Of a stretch of 32,000 nucleotides of DNA, positions 19,017 through 28,052 are shown piece after piece (position 1 is the first letter of the stretch; the number at the start of each line of letters is the position of its first letter). Origin of the DNA: Desulfobulbus propionicus DSM 2032 (GTDB lineage Bacteria > Desulfobacterota > Desulfobulbia > Desulfobulbales > Desulfobulbaceae); NCBI RefSeq assembly GCF_000186885.1, contig NC_014972.1:2280001-2312000 (forward strand), in the 5' to 3' direction. Position numbers and translations under genes: made by a program. The notes under the pieces are model-generated. The model had not been told where the DNA came from and made no database searches. It worked only from the letters and a program-made list of their open reading frames with translations.

Positions 19017-19994
19017 TTACCAACGCATGAGCAGCGAACCCCAGGTGAGGCCGCCGCCAAAGGTACATAACAACACAATGTCTCCCCGCCTCAGCCGTCC
19101 TTCACGGTGCGCTTCGTCCAGCGCGATCGGGATGCTGGCGGCCGAGGTATTGCCGTACTTGCTTAAATTGATGAACACCTTCTCCTCCGCGATGCCCAAT
19201 CGGTCACGCAAATTGGTCAGGATGCGGATATTGGCCTGATGGGGAATCATGAGGTTGACGTCGTCGATGGTGAGGTCATGCTTACGCAACAGACTGGTAA
19301 CGGCATCCTCCATCATCCGAACAGCATGTTTGAAGATGTCGCTGCCGCTCATACGGATATGAGGCCCGTGCCATATGTCCGGCCGCAGATCCGGATTAAG
19401 GCTTTCCGGGCTGTCCATGCACAACAGGTTCCACAATTTGCCATCTGAATGCAAACTGCTGCCAAAAACTCCTCGACCGTCATGCGAGCCAGAAAGGACC
19501 ACCGCTCCCGCTCCGTCCCCAAAAAGAACACAGGTGTTGCGATCTTCCCAGTCCACCCGAGCGGACAGTGTTTCCGCACCGATCAGCAGGATTTTCATTT
19601 CCGGCCGATTCTGAATGTAATTGCTCGCCAGATCCAGACCATAGGTAAAACCGGCACAGGCGGCGTTGATGTCGTAGGCAAAGGCATTCACCGCCCCCAA
19701 TTCCGCCTGCACGAAACAGGCAGTGGACGGCATGATCATGTGCGGCGAAACGGTCGCGACAATAATCAGATCGAGCTCTTCGGCATCGATCCCGGTCACA
19801 GCGAGCGCCCGTCGTCCCGCCTTGGCGGCCAGCTGATAATTTTGTTCATTCTTTCCAGCAATATGCCGGTTTCGAATACCGGTCCTGGTCGTAATCCATT
19901 CATCGGAAGTATCCACCATCCGCTCAAGCTCGGCATTGGTGAGTTTCCGTTCGGGAAGACAGGAACCGGTTCCCAAGATAACTGCTCTATTCAT
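19017..19994 (-). CDS. fabH: beta-ketoacyl-ACP synthase III
   Basis: MNRAVILGTGSCLPERKLTN, DINAACAGFTYG, MIPHQANIRI, NLSKYGNTSAASIPIAL. Confidence 0.95.
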   Translation of the reverse strand: MNRAVILGTGSCLPERKLTNAELERMVDTSDEWITTRTGIRNRHIAGKNEQNYQLAAKAGRRALAVTGIDAEELDLIIVATVSPHMIMPSTACFVQAELGAVNAFAYDINAACAGFTYGLDLASNYIQNRPEMKILLIGAETLSARVDWEDRNTCVLFGDGAGAVVLSGSHDGRGVFGSSLHSDGKLWNLLCMDSPESLNPDLRPDIWHGPHIRMSGSDIFKHAVRMMEDAVTSLLRKHDLTIDDVNLMIPHQANIRILTNLRDRLGIAEEKVFINLSKYGNTSAASIPIALDEAHREGRLRRGDIVLLCTFGGGLTWGSLLMRW

Positions 19995-20007
19995 GAAAAA
20001 CCTGCTT

Positions 20008-21021
20008 TCAGGCGGCGAATTCGCCAAGGGCTTCAACGATCGCGTCGTTGATGCGATTGTGGACCATGCTGGCGGCGACTTCAATCGCATTGCGGATGGC
20101 CACGGCATTGGAGGCGCCGTGACAGATGATGCCGGTGCCGTCTATACCGAGCAGTGGCGCGCCGCCATATTCCGCGTAGTCCACCTGTTTTTTAAATCCA
20201 GCGAAAGCCTCGCGGATAAGGAGATACCCAAGTTTGGCACGCCAAGTTTTCATGATTTCCCGCTTCAGCATCTGCATGGCCGCCTCGGCCAGGCCCTCGC
20301 TGATCTTCAGCGAAATATTGCCGACGAACCCATCACATACCACCACATCGACATCGCCGCGATACACGTCGCGTCCCTCGACATTGCCGATGAAGTGCAA
20401 GGGGCTTTTTTTGAGCAATTCATGAGTTTCCTTGACCAGCGCATTCCCTTTTCCGGTTTCCTCGCCATTACTGAGCAACCCGACCCGTGGCCGTTCATGC
20501 TTGAGCAGCAACCGAGAGCAGGATGAGGCCATGACAGCAAATTGATACAAATGCTGCGGTCGACAGTCAACATTCGCACCGATGTCCATCAGCATCACCG
20601 GTTTTTTCAATGTCGGGAAGAAACTGGCAATGCCCGGCCTGGATACACCGGGAAGCCGCCCCAGCTTTCGTACGGCCGCCGCCATGGTCGCGCCGGAATT
20701 GCCGGCGGAAACAAGCGCGTCCGCCTCGCCGTTCTTTACCAGATCGAAACCGACCATAATGGTCGCCTCTTTCTTCTTGCGCACGGCATCAACCGGGGAA
20801 TCATCCATGGTGATCACCTCGGCGGCGTGATGGACACTGATTCGATCCAGTGCATCGCCTTGGCCGCGGGCATGTTCAGCGAGTTGTTGTTCCAAAAGAT
20901 GTTGGGGGCCAACCAAGACGACGCGGAGATCTTTCCTGCCGCCAACGGCGGCGAGTGCCCCTTGAATCGCCATCTCTGACCCCCGGTCGCCACCCATGGC
21001 GTCAAGGGCTATTCTCACCAC
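20008..21021 (-). CDS. plsX: phosphate acyltransferase PlsX
   Basis: MVRIALDAMGGDRG, DALVSAGNSGATMAAAVRKLGRLPGVSRPGI, VVVCDGFVGNISLKISEG. Confidence 0.96.
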   Translation of the reverse strand: MVRIALDAMGGDRGSEMAIQGALAAVGGRKDLRVVLVGPQHLLEQQLAEHARGQGDALDRISVHHAAEVITMDDSPVDAVRKKKEATIMVGFDLVKNGEADALVSAGNSGATMAAAVRKLGRLPGVSRPGIASFFPTLKKPVMLMDIGANVDCRPQHLYQFAVMASSCSRLLLKHERPRVGLLSNGEETGKGNALVKETHELLKKSPLHFIGNVEGRDVYRGDVDVVVCDGFVGNISLKISEGLAEAAMQMLKREIMKTWRAKLGYLLIREAFAGFKKQVDYAEYGGAPLLGIDGTGIICHGASNAVAIRNAIEVAASMVHNRINDAIVEALGEFAA

Positions 21022-21029
21022 AGTGCCTA

Positions 21030-21218
21030 TTAGCTTATCTCTTCCTCAAGACGGATCACACTCCGCCCCTTGTACATGCCACAACCGCCGCATAACTGAT
21101 GACGCATCTTCGCTTCGCCACACTCGGGGCATTGCCCGACGCTGGGTTTAGTCAACGCATCGTGCGCCCGGCGCATTCTTGTTCGCGAATGGGAATGTCT
21201 ACGTTTCGGTAAAGCCAT
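21030..21218 (-). CDS. rpmF: 50S ribosomal protein L32
   Basis: MALPKRRHSHSRTRMRRAHD...CPECGEAKMRHQLCGGCGMYKGR. Confidence 0.96.
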   Translation of the reverse strand: MALPKRRHSHSRTRMRRAHDALTKPSVGQCPECGEAKMRHQLCGGCGMYKGRSVIRLEEEIS

Positions 21219-21299
21219 AATGTCCTCCATTGCGTCCACAAACATTGAACGGTGCCGAATCGCCCATTCTGTCGTCTTTGGACAACTTATTGATAAAAT

Positions 21300-21815
21300 T
21301 TATTTTTTCAACCGAGCAAGTCCCGCAAAAGGAGACCGATTATCCTCGGCGGCACAGCTGCAGTGCATCCCATTCAGGTTAGCGCCGCAACGCGGGCAAA
21401 GCCCCTTACAGGTTTCGGCGCAGAGATTTTTCATCGGGAGCGCCAGATATATCTGCTGTCGAAACACATCGTCAAGGTCAATGACAGGTTCTTCAAGCAC
21501 CTCGATGTCTAAATCTGTTGTTGTACATTCGACTTCCTTCAAACGCCACGAGGCTTCGCTCTCTACCTCGAACAGCAACTGGAAATCGGTATCCACCTGC
21601 ACATCGTAATCTCCAAGGCAGCGATCGCATACCAATGTCACCACGGCTTGAAGATACCCCTGCATGCCAACCTTTGCTTCGCCTTCGCGACGCAGTTCGC
21701 AATGGGCCTGCAGAGGTCCCTTGATGGCAAAATCCCGCTGCGCGACAAGACTTTCTATGACTGTCAACTCGAAACGACTGCCATACGGGGAGATTTCATT
21801 GAACCGGACCTGCAC
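21300..21815 (-). CDS. YceD/DUF177 family protein
   Basis: VTLVCDRCLGDYDVQVDTDFQLLF..., DLDIEVLEEPVIDLDDVFRQQIYLALPMKNLCAETCKGLCPRCGANLN; located directly upstream of rpmF. Confidence 0.92.
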   Translation of the reverse strand: MQVRFNEISPYGSRFELTVIESLVAQRDFAIKGPLQAHCELRREGEAKVGMQGYLQAVVTLVCDRCLGDYDVQVDTDFQLLFEVESEASWRLKEVECTTTDLDIEVLEEPVIDLDDVFRQQIYLALPMKNLCAETCKGLCPRCGANLNGMHCSCAAEDNRSPFAGLARLKK

Positions 21816-21868
21816 CCTGCACCACCTTCAACCGCGCGAAAAAGTTGGTTTTCCGTCGAAACGGAAAA

Positions 21869-21897
21869 GTATACCTAAAAAAAAAATCTTCGCCAAG
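21869..21897 (-). promoter_or_regulatory. sigma-70-type promoter for the DUF177-rpmF-plsX-fab gene run
   Basis: Minus strand TTGGCG (21897-21892), 17-nt spacer, TATACT (21874-21869), about 50 nt upstream of the DUF177 start. Confidence 0.6.
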
Positions 21898-21966
21898 CAA
21901 AAAGAGAAGAATTTGAAAAAGAGAGGAGAATCAAGATGAAAGAAGCATTGATTCCTGCGGATGGAA

Positions 21967-22635
21967 TCAGGATTGCTTCTGCTGCTGTTCCAATTGGCTG
22001 ATTTTATTTTCTATCTGTTTAACCAAACCCGGATATCCGTCCTTGAGCAGGATCTCCTTGAACTGCTCCATGTAGTTGCGCACGAGGCTCACCCCTTCGA
22101 CAACCACATCGTAAGCCATCCATTGCGTCCCGCGAAGAATAAGAATATACGAGATGGGAATGGATTTATTCGCATCCACCAGCAACGTCTGCACCTCGGC
22201 GCGATCCCCCTTGATCCGCTGTTGAGTGAACTCGACCTGTTGCCCGGTATACTCGTCGATTTTTCCCACGTAGGCATACTGCAAAAGCTCGGTGAACAAC
22301 TGTTCAAATTGTGCCTGCTCCTGTGTATTGAGCGAACGCCAATGCTGCCCGAGAACCCGCTTGCTCATTTCGCGAAAATCAAAGCGTTCACGTACGACAT
22401 TGATCACTCTTTGACTCTGCTCTTTTTTCGGAACCGTTTTCAGGGTGGGGTCGGCGAGTACATCGGTGACTTTCTGCAGGAAGGGACGAAATTGCTCTGT
22501 AGGATCGGGAGAGCTCGCGGCCGCCGCTTGTCCGAGGAAGGAGCCGAAAATGATTACGACAAGAACAAGCAGGCCGCTGAAAAAAAATTGGGTACCCTGC
22601 CGACGGCATCGTCGATCCAATATCATGAACCACAT
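21967..22635 (-). CDS. mlaC: MlaC/Ttg2D-like periplasmic phospholipid-binding protein
   Basis: SKRVLGQHWRSLNTQEQAQFEQLFTELLQYAYVGKI..., PISYILILRGTQWMAYDVVVEGVSLVRNYMEQFKEIL. Confidence 0.92.
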   Translation of the reverse strand: MWFMILDRRCRRQGTQFFFSGLLVLVVIIFGSFLGQAAAASSPDPTEQFRPFLQKVTDVLADPTLKTVPKKEQSQRVINVVRERFDFREMSKRVLGQHWRSLNTQEQAQFEQLFTELLQYAYVGKIDEYTGQQVEFTQQRIKGDRAEVQTLLVDANKSIPISYILILRGTQWMAYDVVVEGVSLVRNYMEQFKEILLKDGYPGLVKQIENKISQLEQQQKQS

Positions 22636-22650
22636 AGCGATAAACTGTTT

Positions 22651-23406
22651 TTATTTTGTCTGAGAATGATTGCGCGTTTTACTTCGCATCTGGAAGTAGC
22701 CGTTGCGAAAAGCTATATAGGGATCAAAGCTCAAGGATTTCAACTGGTCATATTCCCCAAGATGCAGCGAGGTGCGATTCACCGTATTAACGCCGGTAAG
22801 CGTGTACGGGCTCAATTCGTCATCGCTCCACGGATAATAGGAAGCCATGGCCAAGCTGTCAACCACGGTTCCGGTCAAATCGCGCACCGTGGACGGTCCC
22901 AGCAAGGGTGCGACCACATAGAAACCGTCGCCGATGCCCCAGGTGGCGAGCGTTTCCCCGAGCGTGGCGCTGATGGGCGGAATGGCAAATTCATGGGCCG
23001 CGGTATCCGCCAAGCCAAAGACACCGCAGATGGTGTTGAGCGCGAACCGGGATAAGACCAGACCGGAATCGCGAAACCGTCCTTGCAGCAGGCAGTTGAC
23101 GGAGCGCACCGGTTCACCGAGGTTGTAAAAAAAATTGCCGATGCATCCCCGAATATCGGCAGGCAGTACCTTGCTGTATCCTGTGGCCACAGGGTCCAAC
23201 ACCCATATGTAGAACTTGTCGTTCAACGTGAAGATCGCCCTATTCACCGGCTCGATCGGATCGGCAACTTGGGCAGTTTCTCCATTTGCATAGGCGTCAT
23301 CGCTGAGGAAGTCATTGGCGGCCGCATTGCCGCCCCCAATGAGGAAAGACACGCACAGCATAAGACAGCAGCGCAACAGCAACGCGAAGATAGGTTTTGG
23401 TTGCAT
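22651..23406 (-). CDS. mlaA: MlaA/VacJ family lipoprotein-like protein
   Basis: DPIEPVNRAIFTLNDKFYIWVLDPVATGY, NFFYNLGEPVRSVNCLLQG, RFALNTICGVFGLADTA. Confidence 0.92.
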   Translation of the reverse strand: MQPKPIFALLLRCCLMLCVSFLIGGGNAAANDFLSDDAYANGETAQVADPIEPVNRAIFTLNDKFYIWVLDPVATGYSKVLPADIRGCIGNFFYNLGEPVRSVNCLLQGRFRDSGLVLSRFALNTICGVFGLADTAAHEFAIPPISATLGETLATWGIGDGFYVVAPLLGPSTVRDLTGTVVDSLAMASYYPWSDDELSPYTLTGVNTVNRTSLHLGEYDQLKSLSFDPYIAFRNGYFQMRSKTRNHSQTK

Positions 23407-23419
23407 AACGGGACTCACG

Positions 23420-23872
23420 TTATTTTTTCACCTCGCCAAAGGCAAATTTGGAAATGAGCGATTCCAAATCAACCGCCGATTCCGTGTCAACAATGGCTTC
23501 TCCGGGTTTGTAGGCGGTTTCATCGCCTCCCAGGGTAATCTGAATGTATTTATCCCCAATGATACCTTGCGATTTAACGGAGGCGATCGAGTCGACAGGG
23601 ACGACCACCTCGCGGTCGATCTGCATGGTCACAACGGCCTGACGATCTTCATTGAGATGCAATTGGCGCACCTTGCCCACCGTGACACCAGCAATCTGCA
23701 CATCTGCTCCCGGCTTGACCCCGGAAATGTTATTAAACTCGGCATGCAGGAGGTAGGTCTTGGCACCGGTCAACCAGGGGACCTCGCCAAGCTGCAACGC
23801 CAACCACCCCAGGGCCAGAAAACCGACCACCAGAAAAAAACCAACAAATAATTCCACACGCGCATTGGTCAT
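23420..23872 (-). CDS. mlaD: MlaD family protein (MCE domain)
   Basis: Single N-terminal TM helix; LLHAEFNNISGVKPGADVQIAGVTVGKVRQL; GIIGDKYIQITLGG. Confidence 0.93.
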   Translation of the reverse strand: MTNARVELFVGFFLVVGFLALGWLALQLGEVPWLTGAKTYLLHAEFNNISGVKPGADVQIAGVTVGKVRQLHLNEDRQAVVTMQIDREVVVPVDSIASVKSQGIIGDKYIQITLGGDETAYKPGEAIVDTESAVDLESLISKFAFGEVKK

Positions 23873-23891
23873 AGCCTTTTCCTTTCCTCAA

Positions 23892-24677
23892 TTATGCCGC
23901 CTGCTGTCCCATGACCGAGCGGGCAAACTCACGGATCTTTGGTTTGGTTGAAAGCGGGATCTGGGCGGGATCTGAAAAAATATCCAGCTCGCCTTTGTTC
24001 AGGAGGATGATCTGGTCGGCAAGGGTAAAAATCTGCGGGATATCATGGCTGACGATAACCGCCGTATATCCAAGACGTTGCTGGGTGCGAACAAACAGTT
24101 CGTAGATTTCCCTGGTCATAACCGGATCAAGACCGGTGGTCGGCTCGTCGAACAAGACGATTTCCGGCTCAAGCTGCAGGGCTCGGGCCAGGCCCACGCG
24201 TTTTTTCATCCCGCCGCTGAGCTGGGCAGGAAATTTTTCCTCATGCCCTGTCAATTCAAGCTGTTCAAGCGTCGCCGCGATACGGCTTCTTATCTCCTGA
24301 TCGCTCAACCGGGTACGCTCCCGCAACGGCAATGCGATGTTTTCAAAGACGGTCAGCGAATCGAACAAGGCTGCCCCTTGAAAAAGCACACCGAACCGCA
24401 TTCGCTGTTCCTGAAGGGCTTTGTAGCCCATGGTGGTGATATCTTTTTCGCCGATCAAGACCTGACCAGAATCAGGACGCAGCAGGCCGAGAATTAGCTT
24501 GAGAATCACGCTTTTCCCCTGACCGCTGCCCCCGGCAATGACCGTGGTCTTGCCCTTGGGCACGGAAAAGCTGACCCGGTCAAGCACCAGATGGCGCCTG
24601 GACCGCTCGCCAAAGGATTTACAGACATCGACAAATTGGATGGCTGTTTCATTGGCCGGGGCGATTGCTGTACTCAT
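23892..24677 (-). CDS. mlaF: ABC transporter ATP-binding protein MlaF
   Basis: Walker A AGGSGQGKS, signature LSGGMKKRVGLARAL, Walker B EIVLFDEPTTGLDP. Confidence 0.94.
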   Translation of the reverse strand: MSTAIAPANETAIQFVDVCKSFGERSRRHLVLDRVSFSVPKGKTTVIAGGSGQGKSVILKLILGLLRPDSGQVLIGEKDITTMGYKALQEQRMRFGVLFQGAALFDSLTVFENIALPLRERTRLSDQEIRSRIAATLEQLELTGHEEKFPAQLSGGMKKRVGLARALQLEPEIVLFDEPTTGLDPVMTREIYELFVRTQQRLGYTAVIVSHDIPQIFTLADQIILLNKGELDIFSDPAQIPLSTKPKIREFARSVMGQQAA

Positions 24678-25492
24678 AGCAACACCGCGGTGAGCAGATA
24701 GTCAAAGATCAAGACCGAAATCGACGACATGACCACTGCTTGAGTGGTGACTTTGCTGACGCTCTCCGCACCAAAACCGGCCCCGCGAATTGTCTGGACA
24801 AAATAACCGCGACCGGTGCAGATCCATGCCACCAGCAAGGCGAAGACAAAGGATTTAATTACCCCCAGGCGCACATCGTGGTTGGTGACGCTTTGCTCCA
24901 TGCCGGAAAAAAAGGCGCCACTGTTCACGCCCATAAGCTTCACCCCGGCCAAATATCCACCGGTGATGCCGATCACATCGAAAAACGCGGTCAACAGGGG
25001 AACCGAGATCAAGGTTGCAAGAAGTTTGGGGGATATGAAATAACGAAAAGGGTCGATGGCCATGCATTCCAAGGCATCGATCTGTTCGGAAATCCGCATG
25101 ATACCGATTTCTGCGCACATCGCCGATCCGGCTCGCCCAGCCACCATCAGGGCGGTAAGCACCGGCCCGAGCTCCATGATCAGGCTGAGGGAGACCGCGG
25201 AACCCAGCATCCCTTCGGCACCAAATTTATGCAGGGAGTAGTACCCTTGCAGCCCCAGAACCATGCCGGTGGAAAGCGCGGTGAAAAAAATCACCGTCAA
25301 CGACCCTGCGCCGATAAATCCGACCTGCTTGATCAATTCACGGAAACGAAAGGGACGTTTGAGAAGGCCCAGCAGGGAAAAAAATAAAAAAATCCCCATC
25401 CTGCCGAGATCGGTCAGGGTGTAGATCGCTTGATCGCCCATTCTGCCGATCAGGCGCAGTAAGGGAAGGGAACTTTTTTCTGTTTCAGTCAT
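24674..25492 (-). CDS. mlaE: MlaE family ABC transporter permease
   Basis: LVLGLQGYYSLHKFGAEGMLGSAVSLSLIMELGPVLTALMVAGRAGSAMCAEIGIMRISEQIDALECMAIDP; 4-nt overlap with mlaF. Confidence 0.94.
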   Translation of the reverse strand: MTETEKSSLPLLRLIGRMGDQAIYTLTDLGRMGIFLFFSLLGLLKRPFRFRELIKQVGFIGAGSLTVIFFTALSTGMVLGLQGYYSLHKFGAEGMLGSAVSLSLIMELGPVLTALMVAGRAGSAMCAEIGIMRISEQIDALECMAIDPFRYFISPKLLATLISVPLLTAFFDVIGITGGYLAGVKLMGVNSGAFFSGMEQSVTNHDVRLGVIKSFVFALLVAWICTGRGYFVQTIRGAGFGAESVSKVTTQAVVMSSISVLIFDYLLTAVLL

Positions 25493-25605
25493 GGGAGGTA
25501 CGTCGAATTGTTGCCCCGGTCGCTAAAAATACACGCCGGTGCGCCGATCAAAATAAAAGAAGCTCCAGCCAAGGCTCAGGCCAGAACTTCTTGCGCATGC
25601 CTCTC

Positions 25606-26013
25606 TCAGCAAATGGACACGGGCGCGGGAGCAAACTCTTCAAGAAAATGTTCGGCTGTCTGAATGGGGTCATCCGAAGAATAGAGAATCATGGTTTGCA
25701 GAAACATGAAGCAGTTCTCTGCCATGCCGGTAAACTTGATGCCGACTCCCCCCGCTTCCTTTCGCAGAATTTTTCCCCGGATCGTATAAATGAAGCTGAT
25801 TCGATTTCCGGTTTCATGCAGCTCCAAGCGGCACTCCTCGCCAACAGGAACATTCACCGCACCCTCGAGAAACACCCCCCCCAGACTAAGGTTGCGCGCT
25901 GCAAACTGACCATGCACCTTATCCTGGATTCGGACCTTCACCGTGCGGGTAAAAGGGACCCGAAAATGGGTGCGTTTATCTGGGGTGAAGACAAGCGGCC
26001 CTGCGGTCATCAT
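25606..26013 (-). CDS. PilZ domain protein
   Basis: RxxxR-type motif (KRTHFRVPF) and NLSLGGVFLEG (D/NxSxxG); GGVGIKFTG. Confidence 0.85.
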   Translation of the reverse strand: MMTAGPLVFTPDKRTHFRVPFTRTVKVRIQDKVHGQFAARNLSLGGVFLEGAVNVPVGEECRLELHETGNRISFIYTIRGKILRKEAGGVGIKFTGMAENCFMFLQTMILYSSDDPIQTAEHFLEEFAPAPVSIC

Positions 26014-26143
26014 CTTCAGTTCCTTGAGAGGGAATTATTAGATGTCAGTTTGTTCTTACTATCGCATTCTCCACGCAATATGGCAAGCAGTTATTCGCTT
26101 TTGTAATTGCCACACCGGGGGCCACCGTTCCGAGCCATGGATG

Positions 26144-26180
26144 AAAAACGCCAGGAGGGCAAGCCCATCCTGGCGTTTTT
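26144..26180. terminator. strong bidirectional rho-independent terminator
   Basis: AAAAACGCCAGGA GGGC aa GCCC a TCCTGGCGTTTTT: 13-bp perfect outer arms plus 4-bp inner stem, A5 and T5 at the two ends. Confidence 0.92.
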
Positions 26181-26244
26181 CACTGCATCGCTCCTGCGTG
26201 GTGAGATCAACCAGGGCTCAGAGCCGCTGATTGCACATCAACCA

Positions 26245-26634
26245 TCAATATACGCCCAACAGATTGAGGGCCAGCAGGATCAGGCCGACACAGGCGATCC
26301 GCTTGACCACCAGCGGACTGACCCGCTTGGCGATCTGCGGCGCGATATAGCCGCCGAGGATGGCTGCCGGAAACATGGCCAAAAAGAAGTACAGGTCGAA
26401 GTTGCCGAACTGATAGTGGCGCATGGTGCTGACCGTGGTATTGAAGAAAATGGCCAAGAGCGAGCTGCCCACCACCAGGTACATGGGCAGCCGCAGGGCG
26501 ACGGTCATCAGCGGCACCATGAAGGGGCCGCCGCCAAAGCCGAACATCGACGACATGATGGCAATCAGAAAACCGCCGATGCAGCCCACCACCATGTTCA
26601 CCTGAAATTCCTGTCCCCAAAATTCTATTTTCAT
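26245..26634 (-). CDS. TauE/SafE-like half transporter (second repeat, 129 aa)
   Basis: GCIGGFLIAIMSSMFGFGGGPFMVPLM; about four hydrophobic segments ending ACVGLILLALNLLGVY. Confidence 0.85.
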   Translation of the reverse strand: MKIEFWGQEFQVNMVVGCIGGFLIAIMSSMFGFGGGPFMVPLMTVALRLPMYLVVGSSLLAIFFNTTVSTMRHYQFGNFDLYFFLAMFPAAILGGYIAPQIAKRVSPLVVKRIACVGLILLALNLLGVY

Positions 26635-26658
26635 AACGGATTCCTCCTCGAATGATCC

Positions 26659-27894
26659 TTAATTGTTGCCTTTGGCCGCTTGCTCAGCCCGCTTCTTGAA
26701 CTCCTTGAGAATGGACTGTTCCTTCTTGTTTTTGGCCAGGTAGCCGGGGGTGGTCTGCCAGAGCATCAGCGCTGCCAGGATGATGAGGATCCAGCCGAAG
26801 GCAAACTTGAACTGATCCAGGGTGATCATTTCCGTCAATTTCGGGCCGATGAAGCCGCCCAGCAACATGGCGGTGCCGATACCACAACCAAGCTTCCAAT
26901 TGATGAATTTGATCTTCGAGTAGTTATAAATACCGCTGCCCTGGGAAAAGAGCACGGTCGGGGTGACAGTACCGGCGACGATGGTATGGGGCAGGGCCGG
27001 AAACAACGCCAGCAGCAAGGGGTTCATGATGAAACCACCGCCCGCGCCCATGAGCACGCCGAAAATGGCCACCGCCAGGGAGAGGAAGAAGGGGTAGAAA
27101 ATATTGAGACTGGTGCCGGCGTTCTCCAGGTAGACATTGGGGAAGGCAATCTTGTTGTCAAAGGTTGCCACCTCGCTCTTGAGCGATTTGTCGACCACGG
27201 CGACGACCTTGTACTTGCCCGGAGCCAACCCTTCGCGAATCTTGATGTCCGCAGTGTAGGAACCGTCGGGCTTGACATCGATGGCGGCGGCCACCACCTT
27301 GTCAACGCTCTGGAAGCGGGCCTTGACCAGCTGCATGGAGCGTTTTTTATTCTCCTTCTCGTCCATCGTCGGCAACAGATCACCACGACTGCCGACGACG
27401 CTGGCCATGAGCGTCGACTGATAGCGCTCGATCTTGGTCTTGGCCGGAACGGTATAGGCGACATCCGCCCCCAAACTCTTGAGCAGTTCGGAATAACTCC
27501 ATTTCTTTCCTTTTGTCTTGGCCTCGTCGATCTTTGGCTGCAGTTCCTTGGGGGCAAAGATCTTGTAATAGGCCGGCATTTCTTCGGTTATGTAGAAGAT
27601 ATACGGCCGTTTGCCGGTTTCCTTATCGACCTCGCTGTCAAACCGGTTGGCGCGCACGGCATGATCCGCTGCCCAAACCTCGAGAAATACCGGCTTGCCA
27701 GCCGGGGCCTGGCCGCTCACCTTGATGGTGCCGCCATTGTTGACTTCGTTCTTATCGATGGCAATGGTTGGCGCGGCAATCACCGCCTCCGGCTGTGCGG
27801 CGGCGGTCACCTCCTCGCCAATCGCCACATTTCCCCCACAAAGCACCAACAGTGCCGTAAATAGCCATGGTACGAGTTTTGTTCTTTTGTTCAT
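26659..27894 (-). CDS. TauE/SafE-like half transporter with large N-terminal periplasmic domain
   Basis: Signal peptide, about 240-aa extracytoplasmic domain, then FGVLMGAGGGFIMNPLLLALFPALPHTIVAGTVTPTVLF and further TM helices. Confidence 0.85.
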   Translation of the reverse strand: MNKRTKLVPWLFTALLVLCGGNVAIGEEVTAAAQPEAVIAAPTIAIDKNEVNNGGTIKVSGQAPAGKPVFLEVWAADHAVRANRFDSEVDKETGKRPYIFYITEEMPAYYKIFAPKELQPKIDEAKTKGKKWSYSELLKSLGADVAYTVPAKTKIERYQSTLMASVVGSRGDLLPTMDEKENKKRSMQLVKARFQSVDKVVAAAIDVKPDGSYTADIKIREGLAPGKYKVVAVVDKSLKSEVATFDNKIAFPNVYLENAGTSLNIFYPFFLSLAVAIFGVLMGAGGGFIMNPLLLALFPALPHTIVAGTVTPTVLFSQGSGIYNYSKIKFINWKLGCGIGTAMLLGGFIGPKLTEMITLDQFKFAFGWILIILAALMLWQTTPGYLAKNKKEQSILKEFKKRAEQAAKGNN

Positions 27895-28052
27895 GCGTCA
27901 TCTCCTCAGTTGTATTCATCTCGCACTGCCCGGGCGCGTGAAACAGCATCCGGCAGCACTGCATACCCACTGTTTTTCTTTTTGCCCTTACCCGGTGCTG
28001 GCCGTGTAGCCACGGTCGTTCACCCACCGGACAAGACCTCTTCCCCCTCAAC

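Noticed and set aside
26680-27864. 394-aa plus-strand ORF opposite the TauE-like gene
   Set aside because: Antisense frame to a gene with clear signal peptide and TM motifs; no domain of its own.
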